Positions 22,887 to 34,700 of a stretch of 37,169 bases of DNA are shown here, piece by piece (the first letter of the stretch is position 1; the number at the start of each line of letters is the position of its first letter). This DNA comes from Nemertoderma westbladi (lineage: Eukaryota > Animalia > Xenacoelomorpha): NCBI GenBank assembly GCA_032718475.1, contig JAUCBJ010005147.1, positions 1 through 37,169 of the forward strand. The letters run 5' to 3'. The notes beneath the pieces are model-generated. The model searched no databases and was not told where the DNA came from. It saw only the letters and a list, made by a program, of their open reading frames with translations. Position numbers and translations under genes: made by a program.

Positions 22887-23408
22887 CTACAATAAATAGT
22901 CGAGTTAGCTCGAATCAATCACTCTCATTATCTCAAACAACATTATTATTCAATTTGTTATATTCTTTCTTGAAATCAAACCACTTTATCTTCATCTACC
23001 AATAATTCCTCCCATTCTATTGTAGCAACATTGCCCATCATTAAACAATACAGAATAACTCTTCAGACAGACCCCCCCCCCCCCCCCCTCCTCCCCCACA
23101 TATCGGATTCTTCGTATGTACAAAGTTTTTAAAAATATCAGTGCTACGAATATAATAACGAGACGTAGGGTCACCATTGAATTTATAACACATCGATCTT
23201 TATAGAGACAATCGGGGTTATTGCTGTCATGAATTATTTAGGAATGCATATTATCCGTGTGTATATGTCTGTATGTCTACAATTCACTTGATCTATGTTT
23301 TTCTACCGGTTATATTGTACAGTAACTACTTCGCCAATAAATTACAAACATGCACCCAAAACTTGTAGAGTATAAAATATATGAATAATATCAAATAACA
23401 CGATATAC

Positions 23409-23633
23409 CTTTTTAAGTAGATTTTCATTCTTTTTCATAAAGTTTTTGAAGGAGAAACATAATGTTCGCAGAAGGGAGAAGTTGTGACTACTCGCGTTGC
23501 CTAGTTGTTTCGATGCAACAACTGCTTTATCAATATCTGACATAGCTTCTTCTAATTCGTCGACAGTAACAGCCAATGAGGCAGCTTCACGAGCAGCGTC
23601 CTCCAGGTTATGGCCTTCGTCAAAGATAATAAT
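23409..23633 (-). CDS. BRIP1: FANCJ/BRIP1-like helicase, internal exon A (motif II)
   Basis: Acceptor atcctcag, donor AAG|gtatat; 225 bp; IIIFDEGHNLEDAAREAASLAVT (cf. FANCJ [22 protein letters not shown]). Confidence 0.85.
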
Positions 23634-23687
23634 CTGAGGATATTTAGATAATATTTACAGTTACATAACTACAGTAAATGTAAGTAA

Positions 23688-24236
23688 CAAAGACTTCTAG
23701 AATATAGTATTTTATTATTGAAACATTTCTTTCCTATTTCGGTTTCAACAGCGTCAAAAAAAGTATAACTTATATGTGAGCACACACCTTTAATACGCTC
23801 ACACTATTACATTAAGTGAACTAAGGTACCGGTACAACAGCTATTGTCAAATTTTAGTTTCACATTCCTATACTGTACTGTGCTGTAATACTGTGCTGTG
23901 TCAGAATATAAAACAGCAGTATTGGCGATAAACACTGTACGACGTAAGTACGTCCGCGAATTTACCAGTTTTGCCGGTACGGAAACGACGGATGAAGACC
24001 ATTATAATAAGGTTCTTCGATGCTTGAAAGCGTCCGCAATCTGGACTACCTACAGTAAACTGAACGGCGTCCCCCAGCGGAAGTTCAGAGAACGTCTTCA
24101 AAAGTGTGAAATGTTTTAATTTTTGAATAAAATTACATATATCACGTTGATAAAAGTTGCTACTTTTATCAACGTGATATGAATAGTTATTTCTACAATA
24201 AGACATACATACAGTACTATATTCTAGAAGTCGTTG
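23688..24236. mobile_element. Non-autonomous TIR element, P-superfamily-like
   Basis: 22-bp TIR CAA(A/C)GACTTCTAGAATATAGTA (21/22); 8-bp TSD GTAAGTAA / GTAGGTAA (1 mismatch). Confidence 0.7.
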
Positions 24237-24409
24237 GTAGGTAATTAAACCAATAAAACCATGGTCATCTAATTTATTGGTTCCAATAAAAAAGTATATA
24301 TGTAAGTGTTCGAAGGAAAGCGGTTTATAAATATAATCATAAATATAATATTATTTTAGAATATTATTTAGAATATTATAATATATTAAATAAATTTAGA
24401 AATTCGAAT

Positions 24410-24658
24410 GGGAGAATCTATTGGGCTCTTTAAGCCATGAATTGCCTGTTCACCACCATGGGTGACCTTCCACAGTATACCCTTCCACTGTTTCTCAAGT
24501 TTCTATTTTTTATAGACTCGTCAAGGATGAAAGCCAGGGTTGTGCTAGGCTGCATTATTTAAATCACTGTGCCTAAACAGTGCTTCTACCATCTAGGGAT
24601 CGAACCAGAGCCTAGGAAATTGGAAGCCCAGGAATGTCACCAGTAGACCAAGCTGCTG
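24410..24658 (-). mobile_element. tRNA-derived SINE family B, copy 2 (single unit of the 63-bp segment)
   Basis: rc: GCTTGGTCTACTGGTGACATT...GGTTCGATCCCTAGATG...AGTGGAAGGGTATACTGTGGAAGGTCACCCATGGTGG, colinear with 20585 onward. Confidence 0.78.
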
Positions 24659-24991
24659 CTGTTTGGTCTAATATTTAGAAATATAATATAATAAGGAAAG
24701 GATTTTGGACAGTCATGACCTAATAAACATACCAATAGTAGGTCAGGTCAAGTTAAAGTAAAACAACACTATATTTTTTACTTATTATTGTTTCTTGCAG
24801 CCGAATCTTAAAATCTCCGCCTCTCGCTTTTGGGTTAAATTAACAAACAGTTAGATAAAATTATGTCGTAGCAGGTTAGACGCTGTATTCATCAAGAAAT
24901 ATATATATTGCATTTATTAGATTCATTCAAATGAATAAACTCTTAACAGGTGTTTGTATGTCCAGCAGTAATGTCAATGAGTAGGCAGTTT

Positions 24992-26150
24992 TCATTTCTT
25001 ATAGGACTGATCTTGTAATGATACGAGCTTCCGTTTCTCATCTTTTAACTTTTTAATTAATTTGAACGGAGAAACATTATGCTTGCCACCTCCTTCATTG
25101 GGTAATGCAACTAACTTCCCACCGAATGCGACAGATTTCCACGACAATGGAAGATGGTACGAAACCTGTTGCCTAGAAACCCACAGAAACTTTGCCACAA
25201 TATCTTTCCGGACTTCCTTGAATCCTTTCGCAACGTAGACGATGGAAGGTAGAACGATATCGCCGTCATTCGTATAGGAAGGCACAGAAAACACGGTAAT
25301 AAGTCGATCGTTAGCGGACCAACAATCACCGTATGCGGGGACTTTGATTCGCTCTAATCATCAGCAGGAAATCGTTTGCGACCAAAAAATCTTCCAGTTC
25401 ATTTTCGCAGAAAATCGGTTGTGAACTTTTTGTCGGATTCGAAGTAGAAGGATGATTAGATTGACTTTCATAGAACTTGGATGGGCAGTATTTAGAGCAT
25501 GTAATATCAATAACATCTATATCGCTGGTTATGGGACGCTTGGTATTAAATAAGGTTGCCATCGATGTTTTGTTAGATACACCACCGTGGAAACACACGA
25601 TGCGGTCGTTTATAACGCCGCCCAATGGCATTATCTGGAACAAGCGAATAAATCGAGACAACAGATGCGATTTGTGTCGCCGATGGAACTCCGCAGCAAA
25701 TTGAAACCCGTTAGCGGATATTTCGTTCTCCTCAGCTCCGCGCAGCATATAAATGTGTTCCGGGAAGAGTAGTTTGAGAGCGAAAATTAAACTAAGAACT
25801 TCGACACCGCGGTCCCCACGGTTGATATAATTACCGAGAAATAAGTAGCGACAGTTGGGAGGAATTCCACACTTCTCTAAAAGTTGGTACAGATCGTAAC
25901 ATTGTCCATGGATTCCGCCTATAACAACTAAGGGACCTTTTACACGTAAAATGGTTGGTTCGTTTTCAAATTTGAGTTCAATTAATTTGGTAACCATAAT
26001 AATGTCTGCTTCATTGATTACTGTTTGGTTATCTTTTAATGTTTCTCTGTTATGAACAAGTTTACCGACCAGGTTGGTAAGTTTCGCCTTTTGAATCTCA
26101 AAAATGTCGTTAGAGGGGTCAGAAAATAAATTGTCTTTATTTATAGACAT
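24992..26150 (-). pseudogene. PP1-like PPP-family pseudophosphatase, intronless, with a 1-bp frameshift at ~25343-25345 (385 aa if corrected)
   Basis: ORFs 25326..26150 and 24992..25294 join by removing one A from CAAAGT, giving IRANQVPAYGDCWSANDRLITVFSVPSY (cf. PP1 [28 protein letters not shown]). Motifs read GGIHG, GNYINRG, RGAEE, HGG, RANQ. Confidence 0.8.
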
Positions 26151-26236
26151 TTTTCTTCGGAATGTTAGTAGTTTTACAGGTGCATCATTACACGATTAAA
26201 TCATACTGCTTAGATAAAATTTAAAGTACATATAAT

Positions 26237-26324
26237 CAGACATCCCACTCAAAACAAAAACAAAAAAAAGACGCAGCCAACTTCAAAAAAACGCAGCATC
26301 GAAATTTGCCCCTTATGTCAATCG

Positions 26325-26361
<37 letters not shown>

Positions 26362-27111
26362 AGTCCCATACCCACTACACTCGTCGACGCCCCCCCCCCC
26401 CCCCCCCCCCCCCGAATGCGTCCCCCCAGAAACGATTTGATAATATTAATTCATCAATTCAAAGGAACTTTAAATTTAATGGTATACAATACAGTATAAT
26501 ATACACACTTTAAAATAATACTCTATATTACTATATTCGCGATTTCTTGGCTGCTACTTTTGAGCAGTGATACCAAAACGAAACAAAGAAATGAAAATAT
26601 TTTTGATTTTTTGTTTTTGTTTATTCTGAATAATTTTAGTTTCGTTTCTTAGTCATTTGTTAATATTAGTTTCGTTTCGTTTTCATAATTTAATTGGCTA
26701 TATATATATGGTGAACCAAATCCGCTAGCAGAATTTGTCCGTGGAGACTAAATCCACTAGCAGATCACAAGGAAGCATACCAAATGAGGAGACAGAGGGA
26801 ATCCGTACTCTGCAGACATCACTCACTATGTACATTGTCCAATGTCTAACTGTAGGTATCCGCTATCCGGTATTTAGCTGATTCAGACAGAGCGTTGCGT
26901 TGCTAGGATACTGTTCCATTGACCATTAACTATTTATTGTTAAATAAATAAAAAATAAACTTAAGTCTTTTTTTAAGTTCTAACAAATTTGGATTATGTG
27001 GATTTTATTTACTCAACATTTCAAGAAAAAAAACGCAGAATTGGCATGTTTTCGGAAAAAAAGTGGTTTTAGCGCAAGCTGTGAGAGAAAAACGCAGCAG
27101 TGGGATGCCTG
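26237..27111. mobile_element. Non-autonomous hAT element (875 bp) containing poly-C tracts
   Basis: TIR CAG(A/G)CATCCCACT (12/13); perfect 8-bp TSD CATATAAT (26229..26236, 27112..27119); subterminal AAAACGCAG repeats. Confidence 0.88.
26325..26413 (+). repeat. Two homopolymer tracts, C37 and C24
   Basis: 26325..26361 and 26390..26413; homopolymer lengths may be inaccurate in the assembly. Confidence 0.9.
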
Positions 27112-27275
27112 CATATAATCACACTGATTGGTTGTATATGAGTAGAGTACAGCCTTATTTTATGTTTTTTTTTATATTCAAGAACATGTTGGCTATTTAT
27201 TAAAAAAAAGAGTAAGTGGTAAAATTCAAGCAAACCCTAACGCAACCCAATCCTAATCCAAGGCGTAGTAGACTA

Positions 27276-27594
27276 TATAACATTGGAGGTTTGGTTCCCC
27301 CAAGCTTGACACTAGAACAAAATCGCCTCCGCTTTGAAGGACATTGATTTCGCCGTGAGGACCAGCCAGTGCATAATCTTGTACTTTGGCAGCCTCATGG
27401 AGTGAATAAGCATGGTGGACAGCCCATGACTTTCTTGAGACGCATCTTAAAGGACACTGGCCTTGAAGATGCGGATGATCTAGCAAATGTCATGGGTGAT
27501 AGGGAGTTGTGGCGGTGCAATTTTGTCGATAAGCCGGCACAGCATTCTTAAAAATGCAGCTGCAATGCAGCATGCCGATCCTAGTAGTAGTAGT
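27276..27594 (+). mobile_element. 5'-truncated RTE-clade LINE 3' fragment
   Basis: Reads RLRFEGH*FRREDQPVHNLVLWQPHG...LKDTGLE...MGDRELWR (RTE C-terminus pattern); (TAG)n tail; ~16-bp TSD AAGGCGTAGTA(G/A)ACTA at 27260 and 27595. Confidence 0.82.
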
Positions 27595-27939
27595 AAGGCG
27601 TAGTAAACTACACGCCCTGCGGCAGGGATTTACTAGCTAATTTCAAGGTATAGATTGCTTTGTGAACACAGTGGAAATTTAATGTACAGTAACTATAAAT
27701 ATTAATTATTTCAATAAAAAAAAATAGAAAGCCAGCATGGAAGGACAAAGAACGAGCCTGTCTATCCCTACAAAATAATTACTAAAGTTATGTTCTAGAA
27801 CCAGAGATCGTACGGCAATAAACATTTTCGGTTCCTAGTCTGTAACCGATAATCGGTAACGGTATTCCCGAAAAAATCAAGAACCGGTACCGAAAAATCG
27901 GTACTATTCAATCGGGCCACTTGTTGTTATCAGTTCAGA

Positions 27940-28209
27940 TTATATAAAGTCATTCGTGGTATGAATAAGGGCGTCGAAAGTTTCATTTGTAAGGGCACTC
28001 ACTATTTGATTTTCTATCCATTTCGCTAGAGGTCCTCCATGTGGTGAGGGACCTTGAAACATTGCCCAGGAAATTAAGTCGATCATCGGTAGTCGAAAAT
28101 ATTGGATATTTGGAGGGATCGCATCACGTTTATGGGAACCTGTTGTTGTTGTCTCAACATTCACTATATTCCAATACTTCACAATGAATGATACAAAATC
28201 TGCAGTAAC
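27940..28209 (-). pseudogene. Degenerate P-element/THAP9-like transposase fragment
   Basis: TADFVSFIVKYWNIVNV...G..KRD...LTNETFDALIHTT resembles the W..VNV and LT.ET..AL.HTT blocks of invertebrate P-like transposases; a P-like terminus CATGGACTTCTAGAA lies upstream on the same strand at 29836..29850. Confidence 0.55.
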
Positions 28210-28616
28210 TTTGAAGTCAAATTACATCACATTGTTGTTGGCAAAGCTAAATATAATTTAAAAAAATACTAGCTAGTACAAAAAAACTATCTACCATGTC
28301 TCCAAAACGTAACTGTTTTATGTAAAAAATATCTTAGTAAAGAAAAAATGATATTTAGTATTTTGAAAAATAGTTATTTTTTATACAAATTTTCTAGAAC
28401 AAAAAATATTTGTTTTAGAACAAAGTTTTTTAGTTAAATAGCTAACAAATTCTAGAAGATTTAAAACAAGTAGCAAAAACTAGCTAGTATAAAAAAATTG
28501 GCATGGTAGGTATAGGGTACGCCTATCGAAACAGTACCCACTGTACCGTATATCGTAAATACTGAACAGAACTATAAATGTTACGTCGCATACACACACT
28601 CACTCACCTAATATTA

Positions 28617-29488
28617 CACCATAACCCTTAATACAACAACCATTTTTAGGGAGTCAGAGCCCCCCCCTAATTGTTTTCAAATTTCTATAAAATGCTACGA
28701 AATTCGGTATGATGATAGACCGACACCTTTTCTTACTGTTGGCATGGGCGGATTTTTCAATTTCTCAGTTATTTCCATACAACAATCCCTTAAAAAATGT
28801 CTATTTAGCAATGTTTAGCACCTCCGTAGACTTTAATTTACGTCTTTGAAATGTAATCTAGAAAATCTTCGAAGCGCCTTCGTCTGTAGATTCCGAATCT
28901 GAAAACCGTTTTAAATTTAACCAAAAATTGGTAAAGATATTATCAAAATACTAATGTGTAAATTTAGAGACGTAAATCGCTATAATTCTGATGTTTTGTT
29001 ATCTTTATTCTAGAATATTAATTATTATTTAGCTGAGCGTTTAAAACTCTCCATCTTGTTTTTTCATTTCATTACCCATAATTAATATTCTAGAATTGAG
29101 TAAAAAAAACATTAGAATTATAGCGATTTACGTCACAAAAATTTACACCTTAGAATTTTGATAATACCTCCAGAAGTTCTTGGTGAAATTTACAACGGGT
29201 TTCATATTCGGAATCTGCAGATGAAGGTGGTTCTAATGATATCTAGATCTCATTCCAAAGACGAAAAATAAATCTGATGGGGGTGGCTAAATATTGCGAA
29301 ATAGACGATTTTTAACGGCTTGTTGTATCGAAATAGCTCATAAATTAAAAAATCCGGCCAGGCCACCAGTAAGAAAAGGTGTCGATCTATCATCATACTA
29401 AATTTCGTAGTATTTTATTGAAATTTGAAAACAATTAGGGGGGGGCTCCGACCCCCTAAAAATGGTTGTTGTATTAAGGGTTATGGTG
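28617..29488. mobile_element. Foldback MITE (872 bp), ~410-bp imperfect arms, TA-flanked (Tc1/mariner-like)
   Basis: CACCATAACCCTTAATACAACAACCATTTTTAGGG... mirrored by ...CCCTAAAAATGGTTGTTGTATTAAGGGTTATGGTG; symmetry continues to ~29030/29078; TA on both sides. Confidence 0.88.
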
Positions 29489-30430
29489 TATATGTAGCTG
29501 CACTATGTGAGGAAATACAATAAATAGCTAATTATTATTGAATTAGGATATTATTGTTGCTTTTTTTGTCTACTAATTTACGTCAGCTATCTATAATAAT
29601 CATCAATTTTATATGGAATGTATAAAAGATGAAACAATAATAATTGATTTAAGTAAACGTCTTAAATATGCAGGCCTACAAAAAGGTACAAATTAATTAT
29701 GACCTACAGTATATAATAATCACTAAAAACGCGTATCATGTTCACAATTATTGTTCACTATTTGCAGTAATTATTAACAAGTAGGCCTCAACTGGTACTT
29801 TTATTTCGCCTATTCCAGTCCTGGTATAAATAACATTCTAGAAGTCCATGATTGAGGTTGGTGATCTATAATAGACTGTACGATATTGCAACTCATTCCA
29901 CTGGGGTGTATGTTACAGTATTGTCCTATGACACCTAACATTTACAGTATAATAATAAACTAACATATTCTTCTAATACGTACGCAAAATCAATTCCTGT
30001 GACATCGGTATCTCGCATTGTCAGGAACGGTTACTAACGCCCGTTTCTTGTATATATAGCTGGATGCGTGTTTTAGACACCATCCCGGATTTACAAAATA
30101 GATAAATCCGCGTTTTACACTGCAATACGGATTGCGTATTTCAGAATACGTATATTACACTCAGTTACGGATTGTATGTAAATCCGGATCCGTCTTTTAC
30201 TCTCGCAAATCCGGGTCCTGATCCGTATACGGATCCTGAATCCGAATCCGTGTTTTACACCTGCTACCATTTCGGCTGGTACAAAATGGGAAGGTTATTA
30301 ACACTCTTCAAAACGGGGGCAACCCAGTCCATCAGATTTCTCGACCCCGAAAACCCTTAATCACAAAAAATACCTAGCCATGTGCTAAATTATATTAATT
30401 TAATGTAATTTAATTAATGAAATTTTTTTT

Positions 30431-30696
30431 GGGTAGGTGTAAAACGCGGAACCGGATTCCAAAATTATCAATTAAGGGAAAGTAGCAGGTTACAGTGGCA
30501 CGTTATTTTAACCAAAACAATAAACTAAAGCTAATAGAACAGGTTATAGTTTTATTTTTGGGAGTTATAAAAATGTAAAAAAAATCGACTTCCGTAGGGA
30601 AATGGCCTACTTAAATTAAATACTATTTAAGTAGGCCATGGTAGGGAAAATGTTAAATGTAGAATCCGGATCCGGATCCGCGTTTTACTCCGACCC
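30431..30696. mobile_element. MULE-like MITE
   Basis: TIR GGGT(A/C)GG(T/A)GTAAAACGCGGA.CCGGAT; 9-bp flanking duplication ATTTTTTTT (low complexity); related CCGGAT/CGTTTTACAC repeats at ~30060..30265. Confidence 0.6.
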
Positions 30697-31730
30697 ATTT
30701 TTTTTTATATAAATTTGATGCGACTTCTGGTTTCCGAGATATAGCAATTAATGTGTAACACGCCAGTGTAAATATTACTAATTTCCCATTGAATCACAGC
30801 TTATTGTCAAATTAATTAAATTATTCTGGAACATCACCAATTTGCTACTTACTATTCCCTACTGTTCCTTTTGTTTGGCTTGTGTTATGCAAATTTACGC
30901 AGAACTTACATGAATAAACATATGATCCGCAAAATTAAATTTTATATACTTTTTTGGGCATTAACAAGGTAATATTGAATCCAAAATATGTGGTTCAGAT
31001 TGATTGCGAAATGCGTGGGTTTTTTTTTGCTAGATTGACGCGACTATTAATTCCGTTGAGAAATAGCTGATCCTATATAGGTGGTGAAACATTGCAAGAA
31101 TTATCGTTCGATTAGATTCTAAAACATTCTAAAACGTGTTATTTATCAATGAGTAGATGGCTACACCTAAATAAACAAAATGTTCCAGAACATTGTGTAA
31201 TTATTAAATAGAATAAATGTCCTCAACGATACATCTTGCAATCTTTGAACGCCCATACCTCAGCTGTTTCTCAACAAAATTCAGACTATTTTACATATTT
31301 GGAATCCTTGTAATGGAAGCTATCTATTGATACACAATAATCGCGACCAGTGAAGGAAGAATGGCTGAGATACGAAGGGTGCGATTTCGCTAAAAACATT
31401 TCTAAAACGCTTATAAAAATTTAAGACAAAATTCCGGCTCAAATATAAAGAAATATTAAATATCTATAATTAGATATAAATTAAATATCTATATTTATTA
31501 ATTAAATAAATATCTATATTTAGTATTCCATAGTCAGTGTCATCACAAAATGACAAGCTATATTACAGGCCATGGTGTATAACGGTGATATAAAGTGACA
31601 CAAATTAGCAGGCGATAATAATTATAGAAGCTTAGCAATTAATTTATAGCAAAACGCTTTTGGCTTTAAACAATTAAAACAAAAACAAGTTCATTGCACT
31701 AAATTGAAAGAATATATATATACCGGTACA

Positions 31731-34700
31731 TTACTGCGCTGCAAACTCTGCTACATTGAATTCCTGTTTATACGAATCTGCGTCTCCAGCCATAGAATCG
31801 AAATATCGAGTTAACATTTCCTCAGAGTTTGGATCGTCTGATTTGTCTACTTTACTTTGCGTTTGAAGACCCATTAGTTCTAGAATATTATCTGTATTCA
31901 TTGTAGCAAGTGAAGCGTTGTCGTCGGATACTACGGTTTTCGCCACATGGAGTTTAAACCGTTGAAGATTCATGATTCTCTCTTCCAGAGTTGCCCTGGT
32001 GATCAGTCGGTAGACGTTGACAACTCGGGTTTGCCCAATGCGATGAGCGCGATCCATAGCCTGGAGATCCTTAACGGGGTTCCAGTCGTGGTCGTAGAAG
32101 ACGACGATATCCGCCCCGGTTAGGTTGATACCGAGACCCCCGGCGGACGTTGTCAGTAGCAACAGGTCGATGGAGGGGTCGTCGTTGAAACGGAGTACCA
32201 CGTCGTGTCGCCGGTCCGGAGGGATAGAGCCGTCAAGTCGGAGGAAGGAGACGGCGGGGAGGAGCGACTCGAGGAGGTCGTGTTGGATGATATCGAGCAT
32301 GGAGGCGGACTGGGAGAAGATGAGGATCCGGTGTTGGGAGACCACCGAGTCACCGGAACGGATACCTACACCGGAGTCCATCAGCAACTGGTGCAGAGCC
32401 TTCATCTTAGGACTGTGCGAGATATCATGCAGATCAACCTTGTCTAATGAGTCCACTTGATCACGGATTAGCAAGGGATGATTGCACAACTTCCTTAGAA
32501 ACTGGAGACTTCTAAATATGTTATTGGGGGAGGATTGATCTTTCTTTATAGATTTATAATGCTGTTCGTAAAGTTCTGACTGCAATGGACTCAAATCGCA
32601 ATAATAATCCTGAACTATCTTCGGGGGCAGATCTTTGAGGACGTCCTCTTTAACTCGACGTAAGATAAACGGCATTACCTGCCGATGCAGCGAATCCAAT
32701 GCTAAAGCCGAATCAGCGAACGTGGAATTCGAGGAGTTGGTTGATTTGTTAACCTCCGGTCGGTATCGGTTAATCGCTTTCCCGTAGGCGTTGTTGAATT
32801 CTCGTTCGGAGCCGAGGAAACCCGGCATAAGGAAATCGAATAGCGCCCACAACTCATTGACACTGTTTTGTATGGGAGTCCCTGTTAATATCAGTCGATG
32901 TTTCGCTTTAATACGACGAACAGCAGAAGCCAGTTTCGTTTTACTATTGCGAATAATGTGTCCCTCGTCCAGAACCAAATACTCCCAATGATATTTAACG
33001 AAGCTGTTTATATCATTTCGCAGCGTGTCATACGACACAATAATAATATCACAAAAACGCGGCAGATTCGTCGTCGAGTTTTTATAAACTTTTGCCGTGA
33101 TATATTTACAGTCAACAAATTTACGTATTTCGTGTAGCCAATGACCTGTTAGTACAGGCGGACAGACAACTAAGGACCTGCATGATTCAGACCCTTTAGT
33201 GTAATCGCCAGCATTCTCTATACTAATGTTAGACGCAGAAGTTTCGCCATTAGACAGATTAGGTTGCAGACTGCAATGATGGTTAACAATAACACAAAGC
33301 GCCATTAAAGACTTACCCAAGCCCAAGTCATCCGAAAGGACTCCGTGAAGATTGTATTTATTGAGGAAAGTCAGCCAGTTTAGACCTTCCTGCTGGTAAC
33401 CACGGAGATCTGTCTTTATTGGGACCTTCATTTCGCTATTCTTTATTGACTTTGGATTGAGTAATTGATCAAGAAATTCGACGCTCTCATCGTGTTTGAA
33501 CTTCAATTTCCCGTCATGGCAATTGGCTGTAACCAGGGGCAACAAGCGAACTAACAATGCAAACGATCTGGTTGCTAGGAGACGTACGGGTTCGATATAG
33601 TCAGTCATACGTCTCAGTGTGGCGGCGAGTATTACGGGAATGTACGGCACGATTTCAACGCTTAGAATATCCACCATATAGAAAACAGCTTCCATGGCTC
33701 CGCACTTGGAAGTCGGATTGTCAGTATCCAAGATCGGGAGAACATCAAAAACAAACGTCTCTAAAACGCGATTGAAAGACTTCTTAGCTAAGCAACCGAA
33801 ACATATGCTAGCTAGATGGCGCACGTTTGGATGGGCGTGGCTTAAACACATCGTAGCAAAGAGGCAATGAGATTCGAACCAGGACTTCATAGTCTCCGAA
33901 GAACAGTGCCAATAGCTAGTAAGACTAATTAGCAAAATCAATGAATTAATAACTTGTTGAGTCTTCTTCTCATCGGATTTCCACTCGGATACGGAAAGTG
34001 ATAGACCGATAGCAACAAACTCGTGGATACAGGGACAAAGAGATGCGATATCTTGGCCAAACCTCTCAGATAGCGCAGTCAACACCCTGAGTGCACCGAC
34101 ACTTCTAGTAACTGTTTCAATCGGTTCACTGGAATTTCGAAATAAACAGACAACGTATGTTAATTGATCCTCAGTGTTATCGCAAGAAAGATAATTAATA
34201 ATAGAATCGCTGCAGATCATCTTGCATAGATTAGTAATGATTTTAGGGCCAGGATTAGCGGAACCTAGTATATTGATAAGCATAGATAACGCTTCACTTG
34301 CTAACACTTGTAAACATTTAGCAGTTGACTGGCATTTAATACAATCCATAAGCGGACGAATTATTGGATTTAATTTACTCGGGCGAGTTGAGAAAGAGAC
34401 GAGGGCCCAAGCGGAACAAACATTGACCTGCATCGATAGCAACTGATATACAGATCGAATCTCCTGGACTGTAGACACCAGCTGGCTCTGCTTACACTGT
34501 AAATCCTCCGATCGATTCCCCGACTTAGAGTTACCTACTTTATCAGCTTCGTCCAAGTTAAATACATGTGAACCATCTCCAATAGAATTCCCCAATGCTG
34601 CATTAACTGATTTACATTCACTCTGCATTTGCAAAAATAAACAAGCCAATTCATCATAGAACACATTATCATTGAGCACAATATCCAACTGGACAGCAAC

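Noticed and set aside
26325-26413. Functional link between poly-G tracts and the G4-resolving FANCJ gene
   Set aside because: Tracts lie inside a transposon and similar runs occur elsewhere in the window; coincidence is sufficient.
31050-31280. Imperfect inverted repeat GTTGAGAAATAGCTGA / TCAGCTGTTTCTCAAC
   Set aside because: Probably an old MITE, but termini and TSD could not be defined.
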